From contig JAUVNS010000013.1 in assembly GCA_030599585.1 (NCBI GenBank), positions 32,001 to 96,000 of the forward strand: DNA of 64,000 nucleotides, in the 5' to 3' direction. Source of the stretch: Promethearchaeota archaeon (GTDB lineage: Archaea; Asgardarchaeota; Lokiarchaeia; Sigyniarchaeales; SOKP01). A program made the position numbers and the translations under genes. The notes below the pieces were generated by a model. It saw only the letters and a program-made list of their open reading frames with translations, ran no database searches and was not told the origin of the DNA. This document shows positions 1 through 8,695 of this stretch, piece after piece. Each line of letters starts with the position of its first letter. Position 1 is the first letter of the stretch.

Positions 1-2
1 AT

Positions 3-1142
3 TGGCCTAGCTCTCCTTCTAACGGCTTTGTGGGGAGTAGCCTTGGAACTAAAAATTCAAATTCACCAGATACTGGCGATTCACACTTTTGGGACGTTTG
101 GCATAGAAATAAACCGTTTAGAGCCTATCGAAAATTTTATTCGCGTTTTATGTCAGAATTCGGTTATGAATCCTTCCCTTCCATCAAAACAATTGAAGAC
201 GTCTGCCCTACTGATCAATTTGATTTCTTCTCGCCTATAATGGAAAGCCACCAAAAAAATTCTGCGGGGAATAAGAAAATATTAAATTATATGAAAAAAC
301 GATTTGAAATTCCTCCTGAGTTTGAAAATCAAGTTATTTTATCTCAAATAACGCAAGCAGAAGCGATTGAATATGGAGTTGAACATTGGCGCCGAAATCG
401 AAACCAAAATCACTGTATGGGTACTCTTTACTGGCAATTAAATGATTGTTGGCCAGTAGCTAGTTGGTCATCATTGGATTATTACGGTCGTTGGAAAGCG
501 TTACATTATTATGCGAAAAGATTTTACCATCCTATTTTTCCGAGCGTTAAAGAAGATAAGAAATCTGTAGAGTTTTGGGTGTCAAATGATCTTCAAATAG
601 CTAAGAATTTACAGTTTGAATGGAAAATACTTAAGTCAGACGGAAGAGTCGTAAAAAATGGCTTGTATGAATTAAATATTCGTCCTTGTTCGTCAAAAAA
701 ACTAGGTATTATCGATGTTTCAAATTTAAATCGAATTAACGATAATTTAACGGATTTTATAATCTTTTATACCTTGAAGTTTACCAGCCTTGAAGGTGAA
801 CGGGAATTTCATGGATTTAGGTTGTTTTCAGCTCCAAAGAAATTTCCGTTAGAAAATCCTAATATATCGTGGGAACTCAACGAATACTTCTGCGAAGAAT
901 CCGATGAAAACAAATATGAACTCAAACTATCGACAACTCATATTGCGTTGTACGTCCACATAGATTCTAATAAATTCGATTTTATAGCGTCGGATAATTT
1001 CTTCTCCTTAGCACCAGGTGAGACGAGAGTTATTACTATAAAAGACTTAGGTTTAATATACTCCTCGGAACCTGCTTATCGAGATGTTAAGAAAGAAGAC
1101 TTTTCAGTGAAATCATTGTACGATTTGTTGGAGAATTCATAA
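3..1142 (+). CDS. GH2 beta-mannosidase-like glycoside hydrolase, C-terminal part (5' truncated by window edge)
   Basis: Frame open from position 3 (WPSSPSNG). Contains [22 protein letters not shown] (nucleophile Glu motif), [27 protein letters not shown] and C-terminal [11 protein letters not shown], all typical of GH2 beta-mannosidases. Confidence 0.85.
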   Translation, partial: WPSSPSNGFVGSSLGTKNSNSPDTGDSHFWDVWHRNKPFRAYRKFYSRFMSEFGYESFPSIKTIEDVCPTDQFDFFSPIMESHQKNSAGNKKILNYMKKRFEIPPEFENQVILSQITQAEAIEYGVEHWRRNRNQNHCMGTLYWQLNDCWPVASWSSLDYYGRWKALHYYAKRFYHPIFPSVKEDKKSVEFWVSNDLQIAKNLQFEWKILKSDGRVVKNGLYELNIRPCSSKKLGIIDVSNLNRINDNLTDFIIFYTLKFTSLEGEREFHGFRLFSAPKKFPLENPNISWELNEYFCEESDENKYELKLSTTHIALYVHIDSNKFDFIASDNFFSLAPGETRVITIKDLGLIYSSEPAYRDVKKEDFSVKSLYDLLENS

Positions 1143-1203
1143 GCTTTTTACTTTCTAATTAAATATATTACTTAATTTAATTAGGCAATCAAGGATTGAG
1201 ATT

Positions 1204-2508
1204 TTGACAAAAAAGGAGAAAATAGTTATAATAGGGGCGGGCTCTTTACAATTTGGATTGGGTTCAGTTGGTAGTATAATGAATAGCGACGTTTTACAAG
1301 GTTCTACAATAAGTTTACACGATATTAATCAAACTAATTTAGATTTAGTAACCCAAGCTTGTCGAGCAGCTATTGAAAAAAAAAATTTCGACATAGAATT
1401 AGAAGCAACCACAGACAGGATAAAAGCGCTAAAAAATGCTACTTTTATAATTAATTCTATTGAAGTTGGGCCTAGATTTGAATGGTTTGATCTAGACTAC
1501 GAAACTCCTCGTAAATATGGTAATAAACAGGTAATGGGCGAAAATGGAGGACCTGGCGGTCTTTTTCACTCATTAAGAGTTATTCCCCCAATCCTTGAAA
1601 TATGTGATGATATTCAGAAAATCTGTCCAGATGCCTTCCTCATTAACTTTTCAAACCCTATGAGCAGAATTTGTTTAGCAATAAAAAGAAAGTATCCAAC
1701 TTTAAGATTTGTTGGACTCTGTCATGAGTTATTTGGGTTTCAAATGCACTATAGTAGAATACTTGAAACTCCTCTTAATAATCTCAAGATCATTGCTGGA
1801 GGATTAAACCATTTTGGAGTAGTATTATCTATAAAATATATTGACACCGGCAAAGATGCTTATCCAGATATTAGAAAAAAAGGTCCAGCTTATCTCAGCG
1901 AACTTAAAGGATTCGGGAATGATGTGGATTTAGTGAGATATATTCTTGAGAAGTTTGGATATATTGCTTACACCCCAGATTCTCATTATGGGGAATATAT
2001 AGGATGGGCATGGGAGAAGGCAAATTTAGAAGGTGTGAGATTATTTTATAACGGATATAAATTATATACAATTAAAGCAGGGGATCGATTGGTAAAGCGA
2101 ATAAAAAGAGGTAGTGGAGCAAATTTAGTAAAACCCGATAGCGAAAGAGCAATTCCTATTATTGAAGGGATTTTAACTGATTCGGGTCATGAAGAAATAT
2201 CTGTTAATTTGCCAAACGACGGAGTAATTACTAATTTACCTCAAGATTTGGTAGTAGAATGTCCGGCTATTGTTAATAAACATGGTATGGAGGCAATAAA
2301 ACTCGGAGAATATCCAAAAGGGTTAGCGGGGTTATTGAGAAATCAAGCCTCAGTTCAAGATTTAGTGGTAGAAGCCATTCTTAAAAAGTCAAAGGAAATC
2401 GCATTTCAAGCCTTACTTTTGGACCCAACCATAGAAAACACGTCAAAAGCCGAGGAGATGTTTGAAGAAATGATAAAGATAAATCAGGATTATATTGATT
2501 TACAATGA
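1204..2508 (+). CDS. GH4 NAD+/Mn2+-dependent glycoside hydrolase (alpha-galactosidase/alpha-glucosidase type)
   Basis: N-terminal IGAGS Rossmann motif, GENGGPGG, INFSNP, GLCH (catalytic Cys), GLNHF, VECPA, ALLLDP. Confidence 0.85.
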   Translation: MTKKEKIVIIGAGSLQFGLGSVGSIMNSDVLQGSTISLHDINQTNLDLVTQACRAAIEKKNFDIELEATTDRIKALKNATFIINSIEVGPRFEWFDLDYETPRKYGNKQVMGENGGPGGLFHSLRVIPPILEICDDIQKICPDAFLINFSNPMSRICLAIKRKYPTLRFVGLCHELFGFQMHYSRILETPLNNLKIIAGGLNHFGVVLSIKYIDTGKDAYPDIRKKGPAYLSELKGFGNDVDLVRYILEKFGYIAYTPDSHYGEYIGWAWEKANLEGVRLFYNGYKLYTIKAGDRLVKRIKRGSGANLVKPDSERAIPIIEGILTDSGHEEISVNLPNDGVITNLPQDLVVECPAIVNKHGMEAIKLGEYPKGLAGLLRNQASVQDLVVEAILKKSKEIAFQALLLDPTIENTSKAEEMFEEMIKINQDYIDLQ

Positions 2509-2525
2509 GTTATAAAAATATTATT

Positions 2526-4496
2526 CTACTTTTTTTTGATCAATTGCTCTTTTTCAAGATGATTTACTAAGATTTGTATCTTCTTAGGTTGAATTATTGT
2601 CTCGTATTCCAGCGACAGGAAAGCTGATATCATTAAAGTATTGTATCCTTTCCCGAGTAAATTAAATAACTCGTTAATAGGACCTAAAAATTCATATTTT
2701 AATTCTGCTATAAATTTTTCGAATTCTTGATATTTTACCAGTTTAAAAAGATTTCTAGCATATAATGGTCCTTGATAGGTGAGCTCGTAGATATTATTGA
2801 ATATCTGCTCTTCTTTTTTGAACTCGTCCTCATTGAAATCAAATTTTTCATTCCATCTTCTATTCTGAGAATCTTCTAGTTCTCCTATTTCTTTCTTCGC
2901 CATTTCAATTAGTTGGAGAGTTTCTGAAGAATTTTCAATTGATTTTATTCTTTCTAATAACTCAATTTCATATAGAAAAGAAGCCTTTATTAGAGCTTTA
3001 CCTAATAAGAATAAATCTATTCGAAATTCTGTTTTCTCTGTATTTTCTGAAGAATTAGTAGCTATTGATAATTCTTCTAGAAGTCTAACTAGTGTTCCGA
3101 TTCTTTTAAATAATCCTTGACGAATTACAGGCCAAAAGTTTTTTATGAGAGCTTTATCAAATATAGAAAAAACATAGGAAATACTTAGGGCGATCGCGAT
3201 TACTCTCTTTAATTCAGTGGAATCACAATACTCTACAGTATCGACGTTGGAATGCCAATTAGGATCATTGTGACCTAGCATTAGGGAGGGGATTCCAAAA
3301 TAGGAATCTATAAAAAGAAAATGATCACTACCACCGTCATAACTTCTCAAACGATAAGACATTGGATTTTTAGTTCCATTGATGGCAATTCCTTTAGGGT
3401 GGTCAGCGATTTTTTTCACAAAAGTGGTTGTGATATCGTTCAAAATTGAAGGTGTGGACCGAGGAGTAAAGTTCACCTCAAAGGGCTGTCCTATCTTTAA
3501 GGGATGTTCTCCAATCATATCTAAATTTATACAAGCTAATACATTTTTCATCTTATCTTCGTGAAACTTCATCCATGGAACAGTGCCGTTGAATTCTGGA
3601 ACCCACACAAATCTTAATGTCCGCTTGGGATTATCAATTATTTTGTTTTTAATCAAATATTTGAATGCTCTCGCTAACTCAAGTAAACCCGCAGCACCAC
3701 TAGCATTATCATTTGCACTCGGGAGAGGGTGGCACAAGTGAGCAATAATAATTATTTCTTGCTCTGGAAATTCCATTCCTTGAATAGAACTAGATAACAC
3801 TTCAAAGTTACCATTTAAAAATTCTGCTTTAATACGGGCGTGTACCTTAACAGGTCCTTTTTTCAACAATTCCTTTAGATGCATTGCTTGATTATACGAT
3901 ATGCTGAAACCAAATTTTGCATTATCCATTCTTTCCTTTGTGGTAAAGAAGCCATTATATATGCGACGATCGAGATTGTTCCTCGTTCTTCTCAAGTCAG
4001 GATAATATATCACACCTATAGCCTTGCTTTCTTCAATATAAGGACGATTCAAATAGATCGGTCCTGACATCAAAATAATTTTTCCTTCAATGTCATTTTT
4101 CTCATAATCTTCCTTATTATCACCTGTACCGATATCAACAATTTCTACAGTAATATCACATGGTTTTGAATGGGTTATGATAGAAACGGGGATGTCATTG
4201 AAATCACATAGTTTAATTTTTTCGGGTTCTTCAATCCATAATTCACCAGTTTCGATCTCCCATTGATATGACGCGGGATATCCCCAGACGGTTGTTTCCC
4301 CATCAGCGGGAGATTTAAAATGCTCTATATCGTCAAATCCTAAAGAAACTAGTTCTTTTTTTACTGTTTCAAGACTATCGTGATATCCATTAGATGCTTG
4401 AATCCGATTATATTGGGAAATCTTAGCAACCCAATCCCACGCTCTTTGACCATTTATTACATTAAGAATGTCAATGAGGAACTTTTCAATGTCCAT
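2526..4496 (-). CDS. M28-family zinc aminopeptidase-like protein with PA domain (DUF4910-like)
   Basis: AHLCH, ANDNASG, PEFNGT, NLDMIG, GSDH and WHSNVDT metal-binding motifs. Confidence 0.75.
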   Translation of the reverse strand: MDIEKFLIDILNVINGQRAWDWVAKISQYNRIQASNGYHDSLETVKKELVSLGFDDIEHFKSPADGETTVWGYPASYQWEIETGELWIEEPEKIKLCDFNDIPVSIITHSKPCDITVEIVDIGTGDNKEDYEKNDIEGKIILMSGPIYLNRPYIEESKAIGVIYYPDLRRTRNNLDRRIYNGFFTTKERMDNAKFGFSISYNQAMHLKELLKKGPVKVHARIKAEFLNGNFEVLSSSIQGMEFPEQEIIIIAHLCHPLPSANDNASGAAGLLELARAFKYLIKNKIIDNPKRTLRFVWVPEFNGTVPWMKFHEDKMKNVLACINLDMIGEHPLKIGQPFEVNFTPRSTPSILNDITTTFVKKIADHPKGIAINGTKNPMSYRLRSYDGGSDHFLFIDSYFGIPSLMLGHNDPNWHSNVDTVEYCDSTELKRVIAIALSISYVFSIFDKALIKNFWPVIRQGLFKRIGTLVRLLEELSIATNSSENTEKTEFRIDLFLLGKALIKASFLYEIELLERIKSIENSSETLQLIEMAKKEIGELEDSQNRRWNEKFDFNEDEFKKEEQIFNNIYELTYQGPLYARNLFKLVKYQEFEKFIAELKYEFLGPINELFNLLGKGYNTLMISAFLSLEYETIIQPKKIQILVNHLEKEQLIKKK

Positions 4497-4599
4497 ACTA
4501 TATAATTCACTTATTTATGAATTTAAAATACATTTAATATCAATAATGACTTTTTTCAAATAAATTTAATATAAAATTAAAATAAAGTAGAACTAAATT

Positions 4600-5268
4600 A
4601 TGAAATATTTCTTAGATAGTGCCAAAATAGACGAAATTAAATATGCTTTAGAAAATTGGGGAATTGATGGCGTAACATCCAATCCGAAACATATCAAAAG
4701 TTCGGGCAAATCTTTCTATAGCGTAATAAAAGAATTTGCTGAAGAGTTCAAAGACATTAATTTTCCAATTTCCGTTGAGATTAACCCGCACATAGTTAAT
4801 TCAAAAGAAATGGTAGCTTCAGCGAAAGATATTGCTAAATTATCATCTAATTTTGTCATTAAAATCCCTTGTACAGAGCAAGGATTAATTGCTACTAAAA
4901 AATTAGTGGAAGCAAAGATAAAAGTAAATGTTACCTTAGTTTTCACAACTTCGCAAGCGTTACAGGTAGGGAGAATTGGAGCAGCTTATTGCTCTCCTTT
5001 CATTGGGTGGCAAGAAAACTCTGGCGTCGATTGCGAGCTTTTAATCTCGGATATAATGCTACTCTATAATAATTATGATTTCGCCACAGAAGTTATAGTA
5101 GCTGCTGTACGAAACGCCAAGCAAATAGTTGAAGCAGGTCGTTTTGGAGCAAATATTGTTACTGCGGGATTCCAAGTTTATAAAGATAGTTTTGAGCATC
5201 CCTTTACTGATAAAGGCTTAAAAATTTTTCAAGATGCATGGGATGATACGGAACTCGGAACATTATAA
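4600..5268 (+). CDS. sqvA: Transaldolase family protein; probable 6-deoxy-6-sulfofructose transaldolase (SqvA/SftT-like)
   Basis: FLDSA, GVTSNP, Schiff-base VIKIP, NVTLVF, SPFIGW, AAVRN. The segments ENWGIDGVT, FPISVEINPH, KLSSNFVIKIPCTE and GWQENSG closely match the Bacillus SqvA sequence as I recall it. Adjacent to an isomerase and a YihQ-like gene. Confidence 0.75.
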   Translation: MKYFLDSAKIDEIKYALENWGIDGVTSNPKHIKSSGKSFYSVIKEFAEEFKDINFPISVEINPHIVNSKEMVASAKDIAKLSSNFVIKIPCTEQGLIATKKLVEAKIKVNVTLVFTTSQALQVGRIGAAYCSPFIGWQENSGVDCELLISDIMLLYNNYDFATEVIVAAVRNAKQIVEAGRFGANIVTAGFQVYKDSFEHPFTDKGLKIFQDAWDDTELGTL

Positions 5269-5277
5269 AACTAATCA

Positions 5278-6609
5278 GTGAGGATATGTAAATTGAAACA
5301 AAAAATTTGCGTTGGTATCGTTTGTTTAGCTCGAAAAACCTTCGATTATAAAGCAGCTGAAGAAATTTACAGCAAAATTAACGAGGATTTAAAGAATAAA
5401 GAACAAGTTCAATGGGAAATCATCCCGGATTTGCTTATCGAAGTAGAAGACGCTCAAGACGCGGCTCACACATTAGTTTCCAAAGAAATTGATGCTTTAG
5501 TATGTATTAGTGGGACTTTCGCATTAGGACATTTAATTTTAGAACTAAATAAAGTTATCAAAAAACCAATTTTATTATGGGGATTAGAAGAATTACCTTA
5601 TGACGGTGGAAAAATTCGGCTTAATTCTGTGTGTGGGATTAACTTAAATGCAAGTAATCTGTATAAAGCGGGTGTTAAGAATTACCAAGTTGTAATTGGC
5701 AACCAAATTGATGATGATTGGTTGAATGCAATTCGTATCGTTAAAGCTTTTTCTACAAATCGCATAGGAATTATTGGCTATAGAGCTAAAGGATTTTTTA
5801 ACTTAGATGTAGATGAATTGGATTTGTATAAGCAGGTGGGAGTTCTCGTTGATCATTTCGAGTTAAATGAGATTTACAACTATGAAGTTAACCAAGATAA
5901 AATAGAAGAAAGGGTACAGCAAATTAATTCGATTTTTGATGTATCTGACGTATCGGAACAACAAATACTTAAAGTTGCCGAGCTCACTACAAAATTTAAA
6001 GGGTTTATGAATAAACATCGATTAGATGCTCTCGCTATAAGATGTTGGCCAGAGTTCGCCGGAAATTTTGGCATTTCGCCATGTGCTGCGATGTCAATTT
6101 TACAATCAGAGGATAGAATTTTGACATGCGAAGGCGATTTGTTAGGATCTCTTTCAATGTTAGCTCATCAAGCGATAGGTGGTGAAACTCCTTTCTTAGC
6201 TGATTTTTCGCAAGTAGATATAAAAGAAAACTTCGGACTTCTGTGGCATTGCGGCGTTGCAGCATGTAATTTGTGGGATGGAAAGTGCATAAGATCGTTA
6301 GATACTTATTTTGCAGGGGGAAAAGGGGTAACAGCTGATTTTGTAATGAAATCTGGAGAGATTTCAATGCTTAGAATTGATTATACACCCGGAGAATATA
6401 GAATATTTTTACAGAGAGCGAGGGGTATCCCAATGGATAAGGATCTAAAGGGAACCTATGTTAAAGTAAGATTTGAAGATAATGTAAAGGATGTTCTGGA
6501 TAAAATTATTCAGAATGGAATAGCTCATCATGTATCTATTGTTTACGGAGAATATATAAAACCTTTAGAGATTTTTGCAAAGTTAAAAGGATGGAATATA
6601 ATAAAATAA
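5278..6609 (+). CDS. sqvD: L-fucose/L-arabinose isomerase-fold protein; probable sulfoquinovose isomerase (SqvD/SftI-like); start may be TTG at 5293
   Basis: AIRCWPEF, CEGD, WHCG and HHVSIVYG motifs of the FucI/AraA superfamily; RKTFD and RLNS motifs; about 440 aa; lies between the transaldolase and the GH31 gene. Confidence 0.65.
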   Translation: MRICKLKQKICVGIVCLARKTFDYKAAEEIYSKINEDLKNKEQVQWEIIPDLLIEVEDAQDAAHTLVSKEIDALVCISGTFALGHLILELNKVIKKPILLWGLEELPYDGGKIRLNSVCGINLNASNLYKAGVKNYQVVIGNQIDDDWLNAIRIVKAFSTNRIGIIGYRAKGFFNLDVDELDLYKQVGVLVDHFELNEIYNYEVNQDKIEERVQQINSIFDVSDVSEQQILKVAELTTKFKGFMNKHRLDALAIRCWPEFAGNFGISPCAAMSILQSEDRILTCEGDLLGSLSMLAHQAIGGETPFLADFSQVDIKENFGLLWHCGVAACNLWDGKCIRSLDTYFAGGKGVTADFVMKSGEISMLRIDYTPGEYRIFLQRARGIPMDKDLKGTYVKVRFEDNVKDVLDKIIQNGIAHHVSIVYGEYIKPLEIFAKLKGWNIIK

Positions 6610-6626
6610 CAAACTAAGGGCTATTT

Positions 6627-8600
6627 ATGTTAGAATTTAAAGAATTAGATAATGGTTTTAAGTTACTGTTTAAGAATTATTTATTCTTAACGCATAGTCA
6701 AGATAATCCTTGTTTCAAAATAGGAAAAGGGAAAGCAAGTTATAAAATACATCATGGTCATTTTAAAATTAGGGAAAAAGAATTAACTGAAATTCCTTTA
6801 AAAAACTTCAATATTTGTTCTAAGGATGAAAGCAAAGTAATTATAGAGTTCATTTCTGGAGAGGAAAAATTAAAAGTCACCTTTTTTGTGGAAAAAGATC
6901 ACTTTAAGATGCACTTTGATTGTCCAAATTCAGAAATTAATCGGTTTTGGATGAAATTGCAAGCTAAAACAGATGAAGCGATTCATGGTTGTGGAGAACA
7001 ATTTTCAGAAGTTAATTTAAGGGGTAAAGAAGTTCCTTTATGGGTTGAGGAGCAAGGAGTAGGACGAGGAGATCCACCAATTACTGGAGATTGGTATACT
7101 ACGTATCATCCACAACCTACTTTTGTGTCTTCTCAGAACTATTTCTGTCACTGTGCAAGCACAAGTTATGCGAAGTTCAATTTCATTGAAAAGAATTACC
7201 ATGAATTATATATTTGGAGCGTACCTAAAGAAATCACATTTGGTAAATTTGATTCAGCTCTTGAAACTGTAAGTAACCTTTCAAAGTTGTTAGGATTACA
7301 ACCCATATTACCCGATTGGGTGTACGATGGGGTTTGGTTAGGAATTCAAGGCGGAAAAGACATTGTAGAACAAAAAGTACAGAAATGCTTAGAAAAAAAA
7401 GTTAAAATTGCGGCAGTGTGGTGCCAAGATTGGCAAGGAATACACATGCAAGGCGCCCAGAAGAGGTTGATTTGGAACTGGGAATACGACGAGGATTTAT
7501 ACCCCGATTTACCGTCCTATATAAAAAGCTTAAATGGTAGAGGTATAAAATATCTTGGATATAATAATTCTATGCTAGCAAAAGGAGGTGAACAGTACAA
7601 CGACGCCCTCAACAAAGATTTATGTGTTAAAGATAAAAACGGAAACCAATACAAGATAATCACTGACACTGGGGAAAAATCTATGCTTGATCTTAGCAAT
7701 CCAAATGCACTCCTATGGTTTAAAGAAATTATAAAAGAAAATATGATAAAGATTGGATTGTCAGGATGGATGGCTGATTATGGAGAATATCTACCTATTG
7801 ATGCAGTACTATATTCTGGTGAAAGTCCCGAAACTTTTCACAATAAATACCCTGTAATATTTGCTAAAGTTAATTTAGAAGCAATACAAGAAACGAGAAA
7901 AGAAGGAGAAATTGTATTTTTCACTAGAGCCGGTTATTCAAATATATCAAGATACACAACTTCAGTTTGGGCAGGCGATCAGTTAATAGATTGGAGTTTG
8001 GGTGATGGTTTAGGAACTGTTATTCCAGCAGGTATTTCTATTGGAATCTGTGGGATAGGGTATTACCATTTTGATATTGGCGGATTTCACAGTCTCGAAA
8101 ATTATATTCGAACTAAAGAAATGTTTATGCGTTGGACAGAGGCAAGCGTTTTTACGATGGTTATGCGTACTCATGAAAGTATAAAACCATTTGATAATTT
8201 ACAATTTGATTACGATGAAGAAACGCTTGAGCATTTCGCTAAAATGATAGACATACACGTTCAGCTTAAACCATATTTAAAACATCTCTCTGACGAATAC
8301 CAGAAAAAGGGGATATCGCCATTCAGAGGGTGTTTTTTACATTATGAAAACGATCATGAATTGCATAATCTCAAATACCAGTACTTACTTGGTTCTGAAT
8401 TACTGATAGCTCCCGTAATTAAGCAAGATAAAAAAAAATGGGAAATATATTTTCCTGACGATGTTTGGATTCATATTTGGACAGGAAAAGAGTACCTTAA
8501 AGGATGGAACAATGTAGATGCCCCTATTGGGCAACCACCCGTTTTTTACAGAAAAAATTCCAGCTTCAAAAATCTTTTCCAGACTTTTAGGGAGTACTAA
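6627..8600 (+). CDS. yihQ: GH31 alpha-glycosidase, sulfoquinovosidase (YihQ) type
   Basis: EQGVGR, PQPTFVSS, LGIQGG, QDW, KRLIWNW (sulfonate-binding R and W), GWMADYGEYLP (nucleophile Asp), WAGDQ (acid/base Asp), MRTHE. Confidence 0.8.
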   Translation: MLEFKELDNGFKLLFKNYLFLTHSQDNPCFKIGKGKASYKIHHGHFKIREKELTEIPLKNFNICSKDESKVIIEFISGEEKLKVTFFVEKDHFKMHFDCPNSEINRFWMKLQAKTDEAIHGCGEQFSEVNLRGKEVPLWVEEQGVGRGDPPITGDWYTTYHPQPTFVSSQNYFCHCASTSYAKFNFIEKNYHELYIWSVPKEITFGKFDSALETVSNLSKLLGLQPILPDWVYDGVWLGIQGGKDIVEQKVQKCLEKKVKIAAVWCQDWQGIHMQGAQKRLIWNWEYDEDLYPDLPSYIKSLNGRGIKYLGYNNSMLAKGGEQYNDALNKDLCVKDKNGNQYKIITDTGEKSMLDLSNPNALLWFKEIIKENMIKIGLSGWMADYGEYLPIDAVLYSGESPETFHNKYPVIFAKVNLEAIQETRKEGEIVFFTRAGYSNISRYTTSVWAGDQLIDWSLGDGLGTVIPAGISIGICGIGYYHFDIGGFHSLENYIRTKEMFMRWTEASVFTMVMRTHESIKPFDNLQFDYDEETLEHFAKMIDIHVQLKPYLKHLSDEYQKKGISPFRGCFLHYENDHELHNLKYQYLLGSELLIAPVIKQDKKKWEIYFPDDVWIHIWTGKEYLKGWNNVDAPIGQPPVFYRKNSSFKNLFQTFREY

Positions 8601-8607
8601 TTTTTTT

Positions 8608-8633
8608 TAATACTATACAATGGTATAGTATTA
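8608..8633. terminator. Hairpin between convergent genes, likely terminator
   Basis: TAATACTATAC-AATG-GTATAGTATTA: perfect 11-bp stem with 4-nt loop, directly after a T8 run following the yihQ stop. Confidence 0.5.
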
Positions 8634-8695
8634 CATCCCATATCACTCATTTACTCTTTACTTATAAGATTTTATTTAAATAAAAAAAAAAAGGT

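Noticed and set aside
1204-2508. GH4 as an NAD+-dependent sulfoquinovosidase
   Set aside because: The known NAD+-dependent sulfoquinovosidases (GH188) are Gfo/Idh/MocA-like; this protein has standard GH4 motifs and lies outside the operon.
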